Shown here: positions 1-17,149 of the stretch, piece after piece | Layout: each line of letters starts with the position of its first letter | Numbering within the stretch: the first letter of the stretch is position 1 | NCBI GenBank assembly: GCA_002269645.1 | Contig: NIVC01000103.1 | Span: 434,001-498,000, forward strand | Length of the DNA stretch: 64,000 nt | From: Macrostomum lignano | Lineage: Eukaryota | Reading direction: 5' to 3' | Notes under the pieces: generated by a model | What the model was told of the DNA's origin: nothing | Databases searched by the model: none | The model's input: the letters and a program-made list of their open reading frames with translations, nothing else | Translations under genes and position numbers: made by a program

Positions 1-4909
<4,909 letters not shown>

Positions 4910-6599
4910 CGCAGATTCTGCTTTCAGAAGAGGCTGTTTGCAAAAGCAGCGAAGCCCAAAGAAGGCCTGCTGTGTTGGGTTTTTGTTCAAAAAGTTCTGA
5001 TCCGAAATCCGAGTGCTCACGAAGGCTGTTTGCAGAGGCCCAGCCTGACAATGAGAGGAATTCGTTAGCAACCAAGAAAAACACAAAGTTTTCCCTGTTC
5101 ACAGAAGAACGGAAGAATCTGCCGCAAATAGCTGCCTCAGGTACGGATGGATTTTGAGTTCAAAATGCGCTTTTTTTTGGCAGACTCGCTCGATTCAAGC
5201 TGCACCCTGGGCAGCCAATGGGAGCAAAAGCTTTCTGTGGTTTCAGCCTGACTAAGCTTAATCCCCTCTCCCAACTCCCATCCCCTCTCTCCCATTGCTT
5301 TCCCCAGCAAGCATTAACGGACCGAAAGCTTTTCTCCCTGCAACCCTGGCTCCCAATCCGTCTCTTCTCCCCTCCCCCCACTCAGCTCAGCTCTCTGCAG
5401 TCTGCCGGTCCACTCAGCATCCAGTTCTCCCCATCTGAACTGCTCCAAGTGGAGCCTCCGAAGGCCTCCCGCCCTCCCGCCTCCCGAAAGCAGAAACCTG
5501 GCGATCGTTAAGACTGAGAGAGAGAGTGTAAGTAGGAGAAAAAACAGACAGCCACAAGGACTCAGACTTAAGTTCTAAGCTTTGCTAACGGGTGTGCAGG
5601 CCAGGTGAGCAGATGACCAACATCGGGCTAAATCACCCAGCCCAGAATCTGCAACTAGAAAAAGATACACGCCAGACGGATCTAATCTTCTATTTTTTCT
5701 GAAATAAAATCTCCCGGAAAATTCTCCTCTCTTCAACTATCTTCTCTGTAATGTACTTTTTTCTTGCAGACAGACTGGCTGGCTGGTTGTCCAGGGTCCA
5801 GAATCGAGTCTGGACAAGATTAGTGTCATATGCACGCATTGACAGAAGCGACACAGTCAGTGAAAATTTTGCAAAGATTTTCTTTTTTTCTACAGAGCGC
5901 TAAATGGGGGGTTTTGCCAAAGGCGAATCTGGTCGAGAACGCACACACTGCAGAAACAGGAACAGCTGAAATTATAAACCGGAACCTGATTTGCCTGGTA
6001 AACTTGCCAGTGCGACTCTGACGTGACAGATTGGAAATTTATTGCTGAAGAATGCTGATGAATAATTCCTGCCAATGGACACTGCTGCCAATGCCGTGTC
6101 ACAAGATACCCACACAGCCTCCTGGGATTATTTTTGTGTCACATTTATTTAAATTTTTAATTTTTTATGCAGCTCATTAGTGCCTGAGGCTAAAAATAGC
6201 TTTATTCCCATGTGCTTTGCGTGCACCCTTAAGATTGCCAAATAAATTCCCCAATTCAATAGCGTGAAAAAATGAGTGCCTCTTCCTATAAGTTGCATTT
6301 AATCAAAATTCTATTGAATTGATGGTTAGTCATTTAGCCAATTGCCGCATGAGCAGCATCGGAAAACACTGACTCACCTGGCAGTTGGGTGTCTCATCTA
6401 TCTCTATTAAATGACCTTATCTGCCAGTCGAGAATATCACGAGGTATCATCATTAAGTAAATTACCATATTTCCCGCTCTAAACTGAAGCAACTGCTACT
6501 CCAATTAGACTACTTGAAGTAGATTTGCTGTAGTTTTTTTTTATTTTTAATAAACTTTTTAAAGTACAAAAATTCTCTCATTGGGATCGGATGTATGGT

Positions 6600-8090
6600 G
6601 AGATTTTTTCCAAATTTAGGTCAGATGTCAGAAAGTGTCTAAATTTTGTGCTTCACTAATTTAGGTCAGGTGTCAGAATGTGTCTGAAGTGACTGCTTCC
6701 ATAATTTAGGTCAGGTGTCAGGTGTTTAAAAGTGACTGCTTCCATAATTTAGGTCAGGTGTCAGGTGTTTAAAAGTGACTGCTTCCATAATTTAGGTCAG
6801 GTGTCAGGTGTCTAAGGTGACTGCTTCCATAATTTAGGTCAGTTGTTAGGTGTCTATGGTGACTGCTTCCATAATTTAGGTCAGGTGTCAGGTGTCTAAG
6901 GTGACTGCTTCCATAATTTAGGTCAGGTGTCAGGTGTCTAAGGTGACTGCTTCCATAATTTAGGTCAGGTGTCAGGTGTCTAAGGTGACTGCTTCCATAA
7001 TTTAGGTCAGGTGTCAGGTGTCTAAGGTGACTGCTTCCATAATTTAGGTCAGGTGTCAGAATGTGTCTAAGGTGACTGCTTCCATAATTTAGGTCAGGTG
7101 TCAGGTGTCTAAGGTGACTGCTTCCATAATTTAGATCAGGTGTCAGGTGTCTAAGGTGACTGCTTCCATAATTTAGGTCAGGTGTCAGGTGTCTAAGGTG
7201 ACTGCTTCCATAATTTAGGTCAGGTGTCAGGTGTCTAAGGTGACTGCTTCCATAATTTAGGTCAGGTGTCAGAGTGTGTCTAAAGTGACTGCTTCCATAA
7301 TTTAGGTCAGGTGTCAGGTGTCTAAGGTGACTGCTTCCATAATTTAGATCAGGTGTCAGGTGTCTAAGGTGACTGCTTCCATAATTTAGGTCAGGTGTCA
7401 GGTGTCTAAGGTGACTGCTTCCATAATTTAGGTCAGGTGTCAGAGTGTGTCTAAAGTGACTGCTTCCATAATTTAGGTCAGGTGTCAGGTGTCTAAGGTG
7501 ACTGCTTCCATAATTTAGGTCAGGTGTCAGAATGTGTCTAAGGTGACTGCTTCCATAATTTAGGTCAGGTGTCAGGTGTCTAAGGTGACTGCTTCCATAA
7601 TTTAGGTCAGGTGTCAGAATGTGTCTAAGGTGACTGCTTCCATAATTTAGGTCAGGTGTCAGGTGTCTAAGGTGACTGCTTCCATAATTTAGATCAGGTG
7701 TCAGGTGTCTAAGGTGACTGCTTCCATAATTTAGATCAGGTGTCAGGTGTCTAAGGTGACTGCTTCCATAATTTAGATCAGGTGTCAGGTGTCTAAGGTG
7801 ACTGCTTCCATAATTTAGATCAGGTGTCAGGTGTCTAAGGTGACTGCTTCCATAATTTAGATCAGGTGTCAGGTGTCTAAGGTGACTGCTTCCATAATTT
7901 AGGTCAGGTGTCAGGTGTCTAAGGTGACTGCTTCCATAATTTAGGTCAGGTGTCAGAATGTGTCTAAGGTGACTGCTTCCATAATTTAGGTCAGGTGTCA
8001 GAGTGTGTCTAAAGTGACTGCTTCCATAATTTAGGTCAGGTGTCAGGTGTCTAAGGTGACTGCTTCCCTAATTTAGGTCAGGTGTCAGGT
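6600..8090. repeat. Intergenic minisatellite, ~42-bp unit (TTCCATAATTTAGGTCAGGTGTCAGGTGTCTAAGGTGACTGC)
   Basis: About 35 tandem copies between the divergently oriented iGluR-like and SAXO-like genes. Confidence 0.97.
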
Positions 8091-8448
8091 TACTAAACTG
8101 TACCAAAATTCGCAGAGCACTACTAACAGTAACTAAAAAAGCGATTTCATCCATCCTAAGCTTCATCCTAAATTCTTGCATACGCTGACAGTGCGCTCGA
8201 TGCTCAGTTTAAGTCTGTTTGCTCTACCCAACACCGCCATTGTGCTCACCGGCTTCAGGCTCAGCCGGCCGGCTCTCTAACCAACTCTCTAGCCAGACCG
8301 CTAGTGCCATTGTGCATCTGCGCGCTCAAAAATCTGCAACTCTGGGCGCCAAGAAAATCGTCTTCTTTAGAGCCTTCCCCTCGTCTGTGCCCCCCTCCTC
8401 ACTCCGGCCTGTCCACTCTGCATGGTGGGGTGAGCACACTAGAGTCGG

Positions 8449-8463
8449 GTAGCCCCTAGCAAC
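8449..8463 (+). promoter_or_regulatory. RFX X-box-like motif GTAGCC-CCT-AGCAAC
   Basis: Matches GTNRCC(N0-3)RGYAAC, ~160 bp upstream of the ATG of a predicted ciliary gene. Confidence 0.55.
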
Positions 8464-8620
8464 CAACCGCCTCTCCATCTCTCTCTTTCTCTGTATCTCT
8501 TTCTCAATCCTCGCCCTCCACTACAGAAGCTTTTGAAAAAACAGTTTTTTTTCGGACAAATCTGTCAGCTTTGATAAAAATATTTGAATAAATTTGTTTC
8601 GGAAAACCAGTCAGTCAGGC

Positions 8621-11089
8621 ATGCAGTCCGTTAAACTGCCTACCATCAGTAGGTCGCAGGTTCGACCCGTGTGGCTGCCGGAGGGCGCCGATCAGCTGAC
8701 GGAATTTCAGCCGCAGATGAGCTCGATATTTAGGCAGGACTTTGTGCGGCACAGCCTGCCGAAGATGCCCGACCTGCGCCCGAAGGTCAGCGCCTACGTC
8801 AGCAACCTGCCGTTCGCCGCCACCTCCGAGCAGCGGGCCGCCTTCCAGGGCGATCAGCCGCCCAGGCGGCGGGTTCGAGTTCGGCGAGGTCAGCTGGCCC
8901 TGTCCACCGAGGCCTTCAATAACAGCAGCATCTACAGCCAGGAGTTTGTGGCCAAGGAGAGAGGTGACTGCCTGACCCTGACTCCTGTGTGGCTCCTGAC
9001 CCTTGCTGACTGACCCTTGCTGACTGACCCTTGTTAACTGACTGTTGCTGACTGACCCTTGCTGACTGACCCTTGCTGACTGAACCCTTGCTGGCTGACT
9101 TGGTGACTGACCCTTGCTGACTGACCCTTGCTGACTGACCCTTGCTGACTGACCCTTGCTGACTGACCCTTGCTGACTGACCCTTGCTGACTGACCCTTG
9201 CTGACTGACCCTTGCTGACTGACCCTTTGTACATACCTAGGACATTGTACATGTACAGACACTTGGCAATCAATATCCCAGGGTCTCCAACTCTTAAGTC
9301 AATAATCAATATCAAGGGTCCCCATCTCCATAATCAATATTCAGGGTCCCCAACTCTTTAATCAATAATCAATATCGAGGGTCTCCATCTCCATAATCAA
9401 TATCGAGGGTCTCCAACTCCATAATCAATATCCAGGGTCCCCAACTCCCTAATCAATATCGAGGGTCCCCATCTTCCTAATCAATATCCAGGGTCCCCAA
9501 CTCCCTAATTAATTTCGAGGGTCCCTATCTCCATACTCAATATCGAGGGTCCCTATCTCCATACTCAATATCGAGGGTCCCTATCTCCATACTCAATATC
9601 GAGGGTCCCTATCTCCATAATCAATATCCAGGGTCCCTAACTCCCTAATCAATATCGAGGGTCCCTATCTCCATAATCAATATCCAGGGTCCCTAACTCC
9701 CTAATCAATATCGAGGGTCCCTATCTCCATAATCAATATCCAGGGTCCATAACTCCCTAATCAATATCGAGGGTCCCTATCTCCATACTCAATATTCAGG
9801 GTCCTTAACTCCCTAATCAATATCGAGGGTCCCTATCTCCATACTCAATATCCAGGGTCCATAACTCCCTAATCAATATCGAGGGTCCCTATCTCCATAC
9901 TCAATATTCAGGGTCCTTAACTCCCTAATCAATATCGAGGGTCCCTATCTCCATACTCAATATTCAGGGTCCTTAACTCCCTAATTAATTTCGAGGGTCC
10001 CTATCTCCATACTCAATATCGAGGGTCCCTATCCCCATAATCAATATCCAGGGTCCTCAACTCCGTCCCTCAGGCGTCACCGAGAACTACAAGCCGAAGA
10101 CTGACGCCAGCCTGTCCCAGGAGCCGTTCCAGGCCAGCAGTGTGTACAAACTGGACTATCCAAGGCACGAGACCAACCCCAGCATGTCGGAGACGGTGGC
10201 GAAGCTGCAGCAGTCGCAGGCGGCCCGGCCTCAGCAGTACCAGTCCGCCGATCCGAAACTGCGCTGCCTGGACGGCACCACAGACTACGGCGGCAATTTT
10301 CTCGACCCACAGGTTGGTCTGATGATCGATCGATGCGTTTTTAGGGTGATTTTAAAATAAAAAATTCCTTGTCCCACTCGTTTGATGAAGCGTTAAACTA
10401 TAAGAACGTACATCTCACTTTGTAGAACAAGTTCTTGAAAATGAGAACATGGTCACAGGGCCAAAGTTTAAAATTTTTAATCATGATCATGATGAGGATG
10501 TGGAGTATCACAATCATAATTAAGCAGCGATTAGGCTGTTATTTCCCCCCCCCCAAACCCTCAGCCAATCAGCGATCAGGTTGTTGTATCTCTACCAAGT
10601 CATCAGCCAATCAGCGATCCGATTGTTATCTCCACCCCAAACCTGCAACCAATCAACGATCGGGTTGTTGTTATCTTCACCCAAACCTTCAACCAATCAG
10701 CCATCGGTATTTTATTTTCATCCCCAACATTGTCCGATCCCCACTCCCAGGTGGCCGCCCGTCGCTTGATTCCGCCCGGCTACAAGCCGCCAACCGAGAA
10801 AATGTCTGGCGACACCTCCTACAGCAAGGTGTTTGTGCCGTTCGCCGGCGCCCAACCCGCGCCGATGTTCAAGCCGCAGACGGTGGCGTTCGCATCCGGC
10901 GCCCCGTTTGTTGGCCAGTCCGTCTACAAGGACGACTTCGTGCCGAAGCCGCTGAGAAAGTCGTCAGCAAACGTGCTGGAGAACCGGACGGGCATCATGA
11001 CGATGGCCAGGCAGGAGGAGCCCGGCATGCCCGGAGTGCCCATCGAATCGTTTCCGGAGAATATTTCAGGCGTGCTGTATCGCACCTGA
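8621..11089 (+). CDS. SAXO/FAM154-like (stabilizer of axonemal microtubules) protein; exons 8621-8963, 10074-10312, 10751-11089
   Basis: Phase-consistent GT-AG splicing; repeated motifs F...S.Y..DF/Y (SSIFRQDFV, SSIYSQEFV, SSVYKLDYP, TTDYGGNF, DTSYSKVFVP, QSVYKDDFVP) typical of Mn-motif microtubule inner proteins. Confidence 0.75.
9000..10065. repeat. Two intronic minisatellites: 14-bp (TGACTGACCCTTGC, 9000-9227) and ~28-30-bp (AATCAATATCGAGGGTCCCTATCTCCAT, 9270-10065)
   Basis: Direct tandem copies filling SAXO-like intron 1. Confidence 0.95.
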
Positions 11090-11454
11090 GAGCACCTGAG
11101 AGAAAGTTGAAACTCATTTTACTCCTCGCTTCTGTGCTGCTGTTGTATCTGTCTAATTTACAGTAAGCTAGATGTTGCTCAACACTTCCTGAATAATTTT
11201 AACAAATTCTATAAAAGGCCCATTCGAACTAGTTAGTAAGTTGGCGTTTTATTGTCCTAAAGTTAAAGAAAAAATAATATTTTCCTAAGCTATTTTTATA
11301 TTCGCTTAAAATATAGTTAACTTTCGTGCGAGAATTTTTTATAGTTAGAGGCACTCGGCTTATCTGTACGTACGAGTATATTATCCGTTTAAAAGATTTC
11401 AGTCTTTTTTACATGCTGTTTTAGCTAGCTGTGTCAGCTTGTGCATGAGGGCAT

Positions 11455-11870
11455 TTAAGTCCGGAGAGGGGTTGGTGCCCATGCACAGTGAGAGCCTCAA
11501 ATTCCGGAGTAGGGTTGGTGCCCATGCACAGTGAGAGCCCTAAAATCCAAAGTGGGGTTGGTGCCCTTGCACAGTGAGAGCCTCAAATTCCGGAGTGGGG
11601 TTGGTGCCCATGCACAGTGAGAGCCCTAAAATCCGGAGTGGGGATGGTGCCCATCCACAATGAGAGCCTCAAATTCCGGAGTGGGGTTGGTCCCCATGCA
11701 CAGTGAGAGCCCCAAAATCCGGAGTGGGGATGGTGCCCATCCACAATGAGAGCCTCAAATTCCGGAGTGGGATGGTCCCCATGCACAGTGAGAGCCCCGA
11801 AATCCGGAGTGGGGCTGGTGCCCATGCACGGTGAGAGCCCCAAAATCTGGAGTGGGGTGAGCGCTCATCC
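11455..11870. repeat. Minisatellite, ~43-bp unit, between convergent 3' ends
   Basis: Tandem GGGGTTGGTGCCCATGCACAGTGAGAGCC... copies. Confidence 0.9.
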
Positions 11871-12211
11871 ACAGGAAGAGTGGGAAATGGCAGTGAGTTG
11901 GCGTTTGGTATGAATGTATTTAACAGAGAATACGAGAGAAGTACACGTGAAGCGAAACAAATTATCGAACATTTTTGCACCAGGAAATGCGTCAAATGTA
12001 CAATTACACGTATCAGTATATGGATGACTTCTTTATTTCAAAACCATGTGGCCAGCAGGTGAATTTCGAAAGCGATAGAAATGAAATAAACAGCAGCAGA
12101 AGTGCTCAGTAGAAAAGGAGAAGGCACACAATTCGGCAAGCATATTCAGGATTGCCTTCTGGAAGGGTCTCAGGCTTTACTGATGAAGCCTGCATGAGCA
12201 TTCGCGAGCTA

Positions 12212-15200
12212 TCAATCACCGTCTCCATCATAACCTCCATCATCTCTGTCGTCTTCGACCGGCTCTTCTTCTGGCTCTTCTTCAGCTTCGGCTTCCGGTT
12301 CTGCTTCTTCCGCTTCATCTTCAGCATCTTCTTCGGCTTCTTCTTCTGCTTCTTCTTCTTCTTCTTCTTCTTCTTCTTCTTCTTCTTCTTCTTCTTCTTC
12401 TTCTTCTTCTTCTTCTTCTTCTTCTTCTTCGACATCCTCGCCGTCTTCTTCAATGTCTTCTTCAATGTCTTCTTCATCGCCTTCCAAGTCTTCTGCTTCT
12501 TCTTCAGATTCGAAATCCTCTTGAAACTCGGCTGCCTCATCGATGCCAGCTTCTTCAGCAGCCGCCGTCGCATCAGCGTCCAACTGCAATTGCTGGTCTC
12601 GTTCTTCTTCTAAAAGCAGACGCTCCAATTCTAACTGCTGTTGTTGCTGATGCAGCTGCTCCAGCTCCAGCTGCTGTTGCTGGGCCTGATCGGTTTCTGC
12701 CGCCACTTGGCTGCGGGTTCCATCGGATTGGCAGAGTTGGAAGAGTGCAATAACAGGGTGCCGTGTGGGATGTCAGGGGAGCCGTATGGGATGTCAGGGG
12801 AGCCGTATGGGATGTCAGGGGAGCCGTATGGGATGTCAGGGGAGCCGTATGGGATGTCAGGGGAGCCGTATGGGATGTCAGGGGAGCCGTATGGGATGTC
12901 AGGGGAGCCGTATGGGATGTCAGGGGAGCCGTATGGGATGTCAGGGGAGCCGTATGGGATGTCAGGGGAGCCGTATGGGATGTCAGGGGAGCCGTATGGG
13001 ATGTCAGGGGAGCCGTATGGGATGTCAGGGGAGCCGTATGGGATGTCAGGGGGAGCCGTATGAGATGTCAGCGGAGCCGTATGGGATGTCAGGGGAGCCG
13101 TATGGGATGTCAGGGGAGCCGTATGGGATGTCAGGGGAGCCGTATGGGATGTCAGGGGGAGCCGTATGAGATGTCAGGGGAGCCGTATGGGATGTCAGGG
13201 GAGCCGTATGGGATGTCAGGGGAGCCGTATGGGATGTCAGGGGAGCCGTATGGGATGTTAGGGGAGCCGTATGGGATGTCAGGGGAGCCGTATGGGATGT
13301 CAGGGGAGCCGTATGGGATGTCAGGGGAGCCGTATGGGATGTCAGGGGAGCCGTATGGGATGTCAGGGGGAGCCGTATGAGATGTCAGCGGAGCCGTATG
13401 GGATGTCAGGGGAGCCGTATGGGATGTCAGGGGAGCCGTATGGGATGTCAGGGGGAGCCGTATGGGATGTCAGGGGGAGCCGTATGAGATGTCAGGGGAG
13501 CCGTATGGGATGTCAGGGGGAGCCGTATGGGATGTCAGGGGGAGCCGTATGGGATGTCAGGGGAGCCGTATGGGATGTCAGGGGGAGCCGTATGAGATGT
13601 CAGGGGAGCCGTATGGGATGTCAGGGGAGCCGTATGGGATGTCAGGGGAGCCGTATGGGATGTCAGGGGAGCCGTATGGGATGTTAGGAGCGAAAATGGC
13701 ACTCACAAATTAGAAACACAGTTCAGGTAGTAGTTTCATCACCCCGTGGACGAGGCAAAAAAGAAAGGAATAAAAAATTTCTAAAGCCAGCTCAGCGATT
13801 CCCCCGTGAGCTTTCAATTCATAACAACTCGCCTTGAGACTAGTAAAATAGTTATAAGTAGTAGCATACAGTAAATATTTCTAGAACCTTAGATGGAAAA
13901 TTTCTAAATATTCGCTTACAAAGGACATAGGAAAAGTTAAAAGCAACCCTTTGTACAATCAAGAGCTTCCAGACTCACTCAGCTTCAGCAGCTGGGCCAT
14001 TAGCTTCATCGTTTGCTTCCAAAGCCAGGAGATCGTCGGCACTTTCAACAGCCTCCGCCGTTGGCTGCTCCGAGATTGCCGCCGTTTCGTCTGCGATGTC
14101 CGCCCCGGAGGCTGCAGCTGTGGCGGCCGCGATGGAGGCGGCGGCAGCTGCGGCCGCGGCGTCTGTGGCTGCGGCCGTGTTTGCCGCGTCCCTAGCAACC
14201 AGCTCGGCTCGCCTCGCGGCCTCCTCGGCCTCCTCTTTGAGTCGGGCGTCGCGTAACGCCTGGGCGGCCAGCATCTCGTCAGTGTAGCCGGCGTCCATCA
14301 GCCGCTCCATGCCGCCGATGTTTTTGAAGTCCACCTGTTGATAATGTGATCATTATTTGATTATGATATGATATGCTCAGGAACCACTCTTTGAATCGCC
14401 CATAAACCACTCTTAGAATCGCCCCCATAAACCATTCTTAGAATCGGCCATAAACCATTCTTAGAATCGCCCATAAACCACTCTTAGAATCGCCCATAAA
14501 CCATTCTTAGAATCGCCCATAAACCACTCTTAGTATCGCCCATAAACCATTCTTAGAATCGCCCATAAACCACTCTTAGAATCGCCAATAAACCATTCTT
14601 AGAATCGCCCATAAACCACTCTTAGAATCGCCCATAAACCATTCTTGGAATCGCCCATAAACCACTCTTAGAATCGGCCATAAACCATTCTTAGAATCGC
14701 CCATGAACCACTCTTAGTATCGCCCATAAACCATTCTTAGAATCGCCAATAAACCATTCTTAGAATCGCCCATAAACCATTCTTAGAATCGCCTATAAAC
14801 CATTCTTAGAATCGCCCATGAACCATTCTTAGAATCGGCCATAAACCATTCTTAGAATCGCCTATAAACCATTCTTAGAATCGCCCATAAACCATTCTTA
14901 GAATCGCCCATAAACCATTCTTAGAATCGCCCATAAACCATTCTTAGAATCGCCCATAAACCACTCTTAGAATCGGCCATAAACCATTCTTAGAATCGCC
15001 CATGAACCACTCTTAGTATCGCCCATAAACCATTCTTAGAATCGCCAATAAACCATTCTTAGATTCGCCCATAAACCATTCTTAGAATCGCCTATAAACC
15101 ATTCTTAGAATCGCCAATAAACCATTCTTAGAATCGCCCATAAACCACTCTTAGAATCGGCCATAAACCATTCTTAGAATCGCCTATAAACCATTCTTAG

Positions 15201-16416
15201 AATCGCCAATAAACCATTCTTAGAATCGGCCATAAACCATTCTTAGAATCGCCCATAAACCATTCTTAGAATCGCCAATAAACCATTCTTAGAATCGCCC
15301 ATAAACCATTCTTAGAATCGCCTATAAACCATTCTTAGAATCGCCAATAAACCATTCTTAGAATCGCCCATAAACCACTCTTAGAATCGGCCATAAACCA
15401 TTCTTAGAATCGCCTATAAACCATTCTTAGAATCGCCAATAAACCATTCTTAGAATCGGCCATAAACCACTCTTAGAATCGGCCATAAACCACTCTTAGA
15501 ATCGGCCATAAACCACTCTTAGAATCGCCCATAAACCACTCTTAGAATCGGCCATAAACCATTCTTAGAATCGCCCATAAACCATTCTTAGAATCGCCCA
15601 TGAACCACTCTTAGAATCGCCCATAAACCACTCTTAGAATCGCCCATGAACCACTCTTAGAATCGCCCATAAACCACTCTTAGAATCGGCCATAAACCCA
15701 CAGAATGCGATTTCATGTCCTGTTTATAACAAAAGATGAAGCAAGGAACCATTGCTACAATTAGCTAACACGTTGTTGACAAAGCGGCAAACCTTCAGGC
15801 TGCCTAGCTGCAACAGAGCGTTCAGCTCAGCCTGATTCTTCCCCTGAGGCAGGTGTGGCGTCTCTCCGCCTGCCGAAGGCGCCGCAGGTTTCATTAGAGG
15901 CGAGGCTTTGCGTGTTTTTGTTGCTGCTTTTTTGGCTGCTGCTGCTGCTGCTGCTGCTAGTGGCTGTTTTTTTGCCGCCGCAGTCGAAGGATTAGTTGAA
16001 GCAATCATTTCTGCATCTGACTGTCGTTGCTGATCGACGAAAGTCTCCGGCAGGCTGTCGATGAGCTGCCAGAGTCCATCGTGCGTCTGTGGCATCGCTG
16101 CAATGTTGGCCTGAGTACCGAACTCGCCATCGTCAAGATCAAAGCTGTCAAGCTGAAACAGCACAGCGTGATTGTTCTCGCGTCCGTTGTGAAAGCACAG
16201 TGATCGCGGATGATGATGGCTGTGGCGGTGCTGGTGATGAGGATGATGGTGGTGGTGATTCTGCCTACTGCCGGGCACGATGGCGTGCCGAAATCTCGCG
16301 GCTAGCACCTCGTCCGGGATGGTCATTCGCTCGCGATAGCTGCAGCGTGCCTTCTTCCGCTGCCGGCGTCTCTGCAGCAGTTGCAGTTCGTCGCGAACCC
16401 CAATGCAATTGCCCAT
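12212..16416 (-). CDS. Uncharacterised protein with MGNC N-terminus, His-rich tract, Ala-rich middle and poly-Glu acidic tail; exons 16416-15793, 14334-13979, 12710-12212
   Basis: Phase-consistent junctions (LGSLK/VDFKNIGG; AEA-D/QVAAET); GC-rich codon-like composition; (TTC)n at ~12345-12430 encodes poly-E in frame. Confidence 0.7.
12765..13690. repeat. Intronic minisatellite, 21-bp unit (ATGGGATGTCAGGGGAGCCGT)
   Basis: Direct tandem copies. Confidence 0.97.
14385..15700. repeat. Intronic minisatellite, 23-bp unit (GCCCATAAACCATTCTTAGAATC)
   Basis: Direct tandem copies. Confidence 0.97.
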
Positions 16417-17149
16417 GGCCTGTCGAATCCGTGATTTCTGCATGCACCGTCACGGTTTTTACCCCAATTTCCAGTCATTTTTTCTGCTGAAATATTGGGG
16501 CACGCTTTGGCAGAAACGCGTTTGCCTCGAACACCTAGTTTCTGCTTTGCATATCCGTACAAGGAGAGACAGCAGGCATTGCGCACAGCATGGCTCGGGT
16601 GGGTTGGCCGCTTGGCTCGTCCTTGGCTGAGGGAATTGCTTCGGAAGGCTTAGTAAGGGATGAGAGAGAGGGAGAGAAATCGACCAACCAGAACGGTTTA
16701 CCTATGCAGGTCTCGCAGAAATTTGCACTGTGCAGCAAGCAGCTGGAAGCAATCTTAGCGATCTTAGCGATCACTGCAAAACTGCGGTGATTGCAGTGAT
16801 CGTATTGACCCTCTGCTAGCAACCAACTTTGCCACTGCTTTTCATGCACCTGGGGTTTTAATCTGCTCCGTAGCTTGTATTTTCATAATTTCATGCGACT
16901 ATGTATGTCTGGCCAGCCATGGGACTGAAAATATAGTCAGAAGTTTTAACACCCAGCAGGCATTTTCGGCTCTGATCGAGAAGTCGCGGACAAAGTTATA
17001 CACAAGGGGATAGTCATGTAAATTGCTGTCTTTACCGTACTTTATTTTAGAATCATCATACTATCAAACCTCATAGTGCTGCTTATTATACATGTACATG
17101 TGCATGTAAATCTATGTAATTGTATAGAATCGTTTTAGTCTTCTTCATG

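Noticed and set aside
6600-8090. Regular ~42-bp array that could be mistaken for CRISPR
   Set aside because: No unique spacers, head-to-tail tandem repeat, eukaryotic context and no cas genes
12106-12613. Poly-Lys and poly-Phe ORFs
   Set aside because: Alternative frames and strand of the (GAA)n poly-Glu exon
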